Virus record (IMG/VR): IMGVR_UViG_3300034159_000059
Length of the DNA: 64,000 nt
Origin: a virus
Reading direction: 5' to 3' (one strand)
Below the pieces are notes generated by a model. The model was not told where the DNA came from. It worked only from the letters and a program-made list of their open reading frames with translations, and made no database searches. This document shows, in pieces, positions 62,907 to 64,000 of this stretch. How positions within the stretch are numbered: the stretch's first letter is position 1; each line of letters starts with the position of its first letter. A program made the translations under genes and the position numbers.

Positions 62907-64000
62907 GAATTCTTCGCCATCCTCGCGATCACCTGTTTCGTGTCGGCTGGCATGGAATTGAAAATGGTGACGGGGTCGATGGAGAAGGCTTCCGCGAAGT
63001 CCGGCTGGAAGTTCCTCTCGATCTCTTCCCGAGGAATGGTATGGAGCTGCCGATAGGTGACGGAAGTGCCGTCTGGAAGCTCAAAGCACGGAGTGTCGCT
63101 TGACGCCGCCGTCTTCTCCGACTCTTCGTTCTTGCCGAAAGTGGCGAAGTAGGGGTCGCACACAACACCACCCCACTCGTAATTGAGCCCACAGAGCTCA
63201 TCCGCCTCGCGCAGAAGCTGGGCGAACGTCTCTGGCTCCATCATGGCTCTCTTCTCTTGGAGGTCGTCCCAGACGGCCTTGAAATCAGGAGCCATGGTTC
63301 GACGATTGGCGAGATGGGCCTCGACATCAGGTGCGTACTCGGTAGAGCCGTACCGAGCCATCGTGTCTGGGACGGTGACGCCGAGAGCGTCTGCTCTCAC
63401 GCTGGCCGTCTTGGCGAACTCGTGGCGATCTTGAGGAGGCAGAGTAGGCCAGTTCTCTTCGAAGAACTGAATCGCCCTCTGCACGTCGGAGTAGCTGTCG
63501 AGGGCGTATTGGCCGTTCAGAGCGGTATACGAGGCCTTCTTGACCTTCACCACTGGTCGAGCATACTCGGTGGCGACGTCGACCTGGTTGGCGACCTTTT
63601 TGAAGGGTTTCACTTTTTCAGGAGGAATGGCTCGGCTGTCGTCCGTGAGGATGACGCCTCCGTCTGGAGGCTTGGCTCCAGCGGTCTTCATCTGGTTGGC
63701 CGTTGGGATGACGCGGCCAGAGTCCGCTCCTCCTCGGACCGAGATCAGGTTTGTTCGCTGCGCCCAGTCTGCTTCGTCGCCGACGAACGGCTGGTTGCGG
63801 GAGTCCCTTGTCCTGGACAAGGCGCCTGCACCTTTCGAGGAGGCAGCGGAGACCTTCGAGTGCTGCATGATGTCAGAGAGTCGGTTCAGGACCCTCCCAC
63901 CCTTGGACTGTTCGCGACGAACGTAGCCTTTGGAAGCGGTCTGGGGCTCAGGGGCGAACGCCTGCTTCAGCTTCTCTGGGACAGGAAGCCCGAACTCTTC
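62903..64000 (-). CDS. Hypothetical protein whose 5' end may be truncated by the window edge
   Basis: ORF track starts at Met 63868, but the frame stays open upstream to position 64000 (…EEFGLPVPEKLKQAFAPEPQTASKGYVRREQSKGGRVLNRLSDIM…). Confidence 0.5.
   Translation of the reverse strand, partial: EEFGLPVPEKLKQAFAPEPQTASKGYVRREQSKGGRVLNRLSDIMQHSKVSAASSKGAGALSRTRDSRNQPFVGDEADWAQRTNLISVRGGADSGRVIPTANQMKTAGAKPPDGGVILTDDSRAIPPEKVKPFKKVANQVDVATEYARPVVKVKKASYTALNGQYALDSYSDVQRAIQFFEENWPTLPPQDRHEFAKTASVRADALGVTVPDTMARYGSTEYAPDVEAHLANRRTMAPDFKAVWDDLQEKRAMMEPETFAQLLREADELCGLNYEWGGVVCDPYFATFGKNEESEKTAASSDTPCFELPDGTSVTYRQLHTIPREEIERNFQPDFAEAFSIDPVTIFNSMPADTKQVIARMAKNS

Noticed and set aside
1-64000. tRNA genes
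   Set aside because: Scanned intergenic regions by eye for T-loop GGTTCGANTCC-like sequences and cloverleaf-sized gaps; none seen. This was not a formal tRNAscan

Overview
High-GC (~60%) window whose content is that of a large tailed (myovirus-like) phage genome or prophage segment, with no obvious host housekeeping genes. It has two parts. (1) A + strand accessory/early-like region (1-8.8 kb) of short genes: an Ig/cadherin-like lipoprotein, small membrane proteins, an XRE-like HTH protein, and a membrane-anchored GGDEF diguanylate cyclase, each unit ending in a clear rho-independent terminator. (2) A roughly 55-kb minus-strand virion module. It encodes two paralogous tail fibers built from KTDNLP repeats, a LamG-like protein, a giant 1105-aa tail sheath, a putative tube, two tandem secreted right-handed beta-helix (DUF1565/pectate-lyase-like) proteins, scaffold-like acidic and Lys/Glu-rich proteins, a putative major capsid protein, the large terminase, a putative portal, and a 2103-aa single-polypeptide bacterial-type RNA polymerase beta-beta' fusion abutting virion genes. 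Four small + strand islands are embedded in the minus-strand module, each closed by a terminator: an RHH-like regulator, an Ala-Pro repeat protein and CspA; an HTH_17 protein plus a membrane protein; RNase HII plus small proteins; and Cys-rich proteins plus a sigma-region-4-like protein. Three signals recur. A bipartite promoter-like motif GAAAAG-N17-ATAAGA sits upstream of + strand units (3 exact copies, about 3 variants). A short peptide motif (G)F(F)DEL(E/Q)KIA is shared by at least 8 virion-module proteins. Two perfect 17-bp palindromes are candidate operators. No tRNA, CRISPR array, integrase or transposase was recognised by eye.
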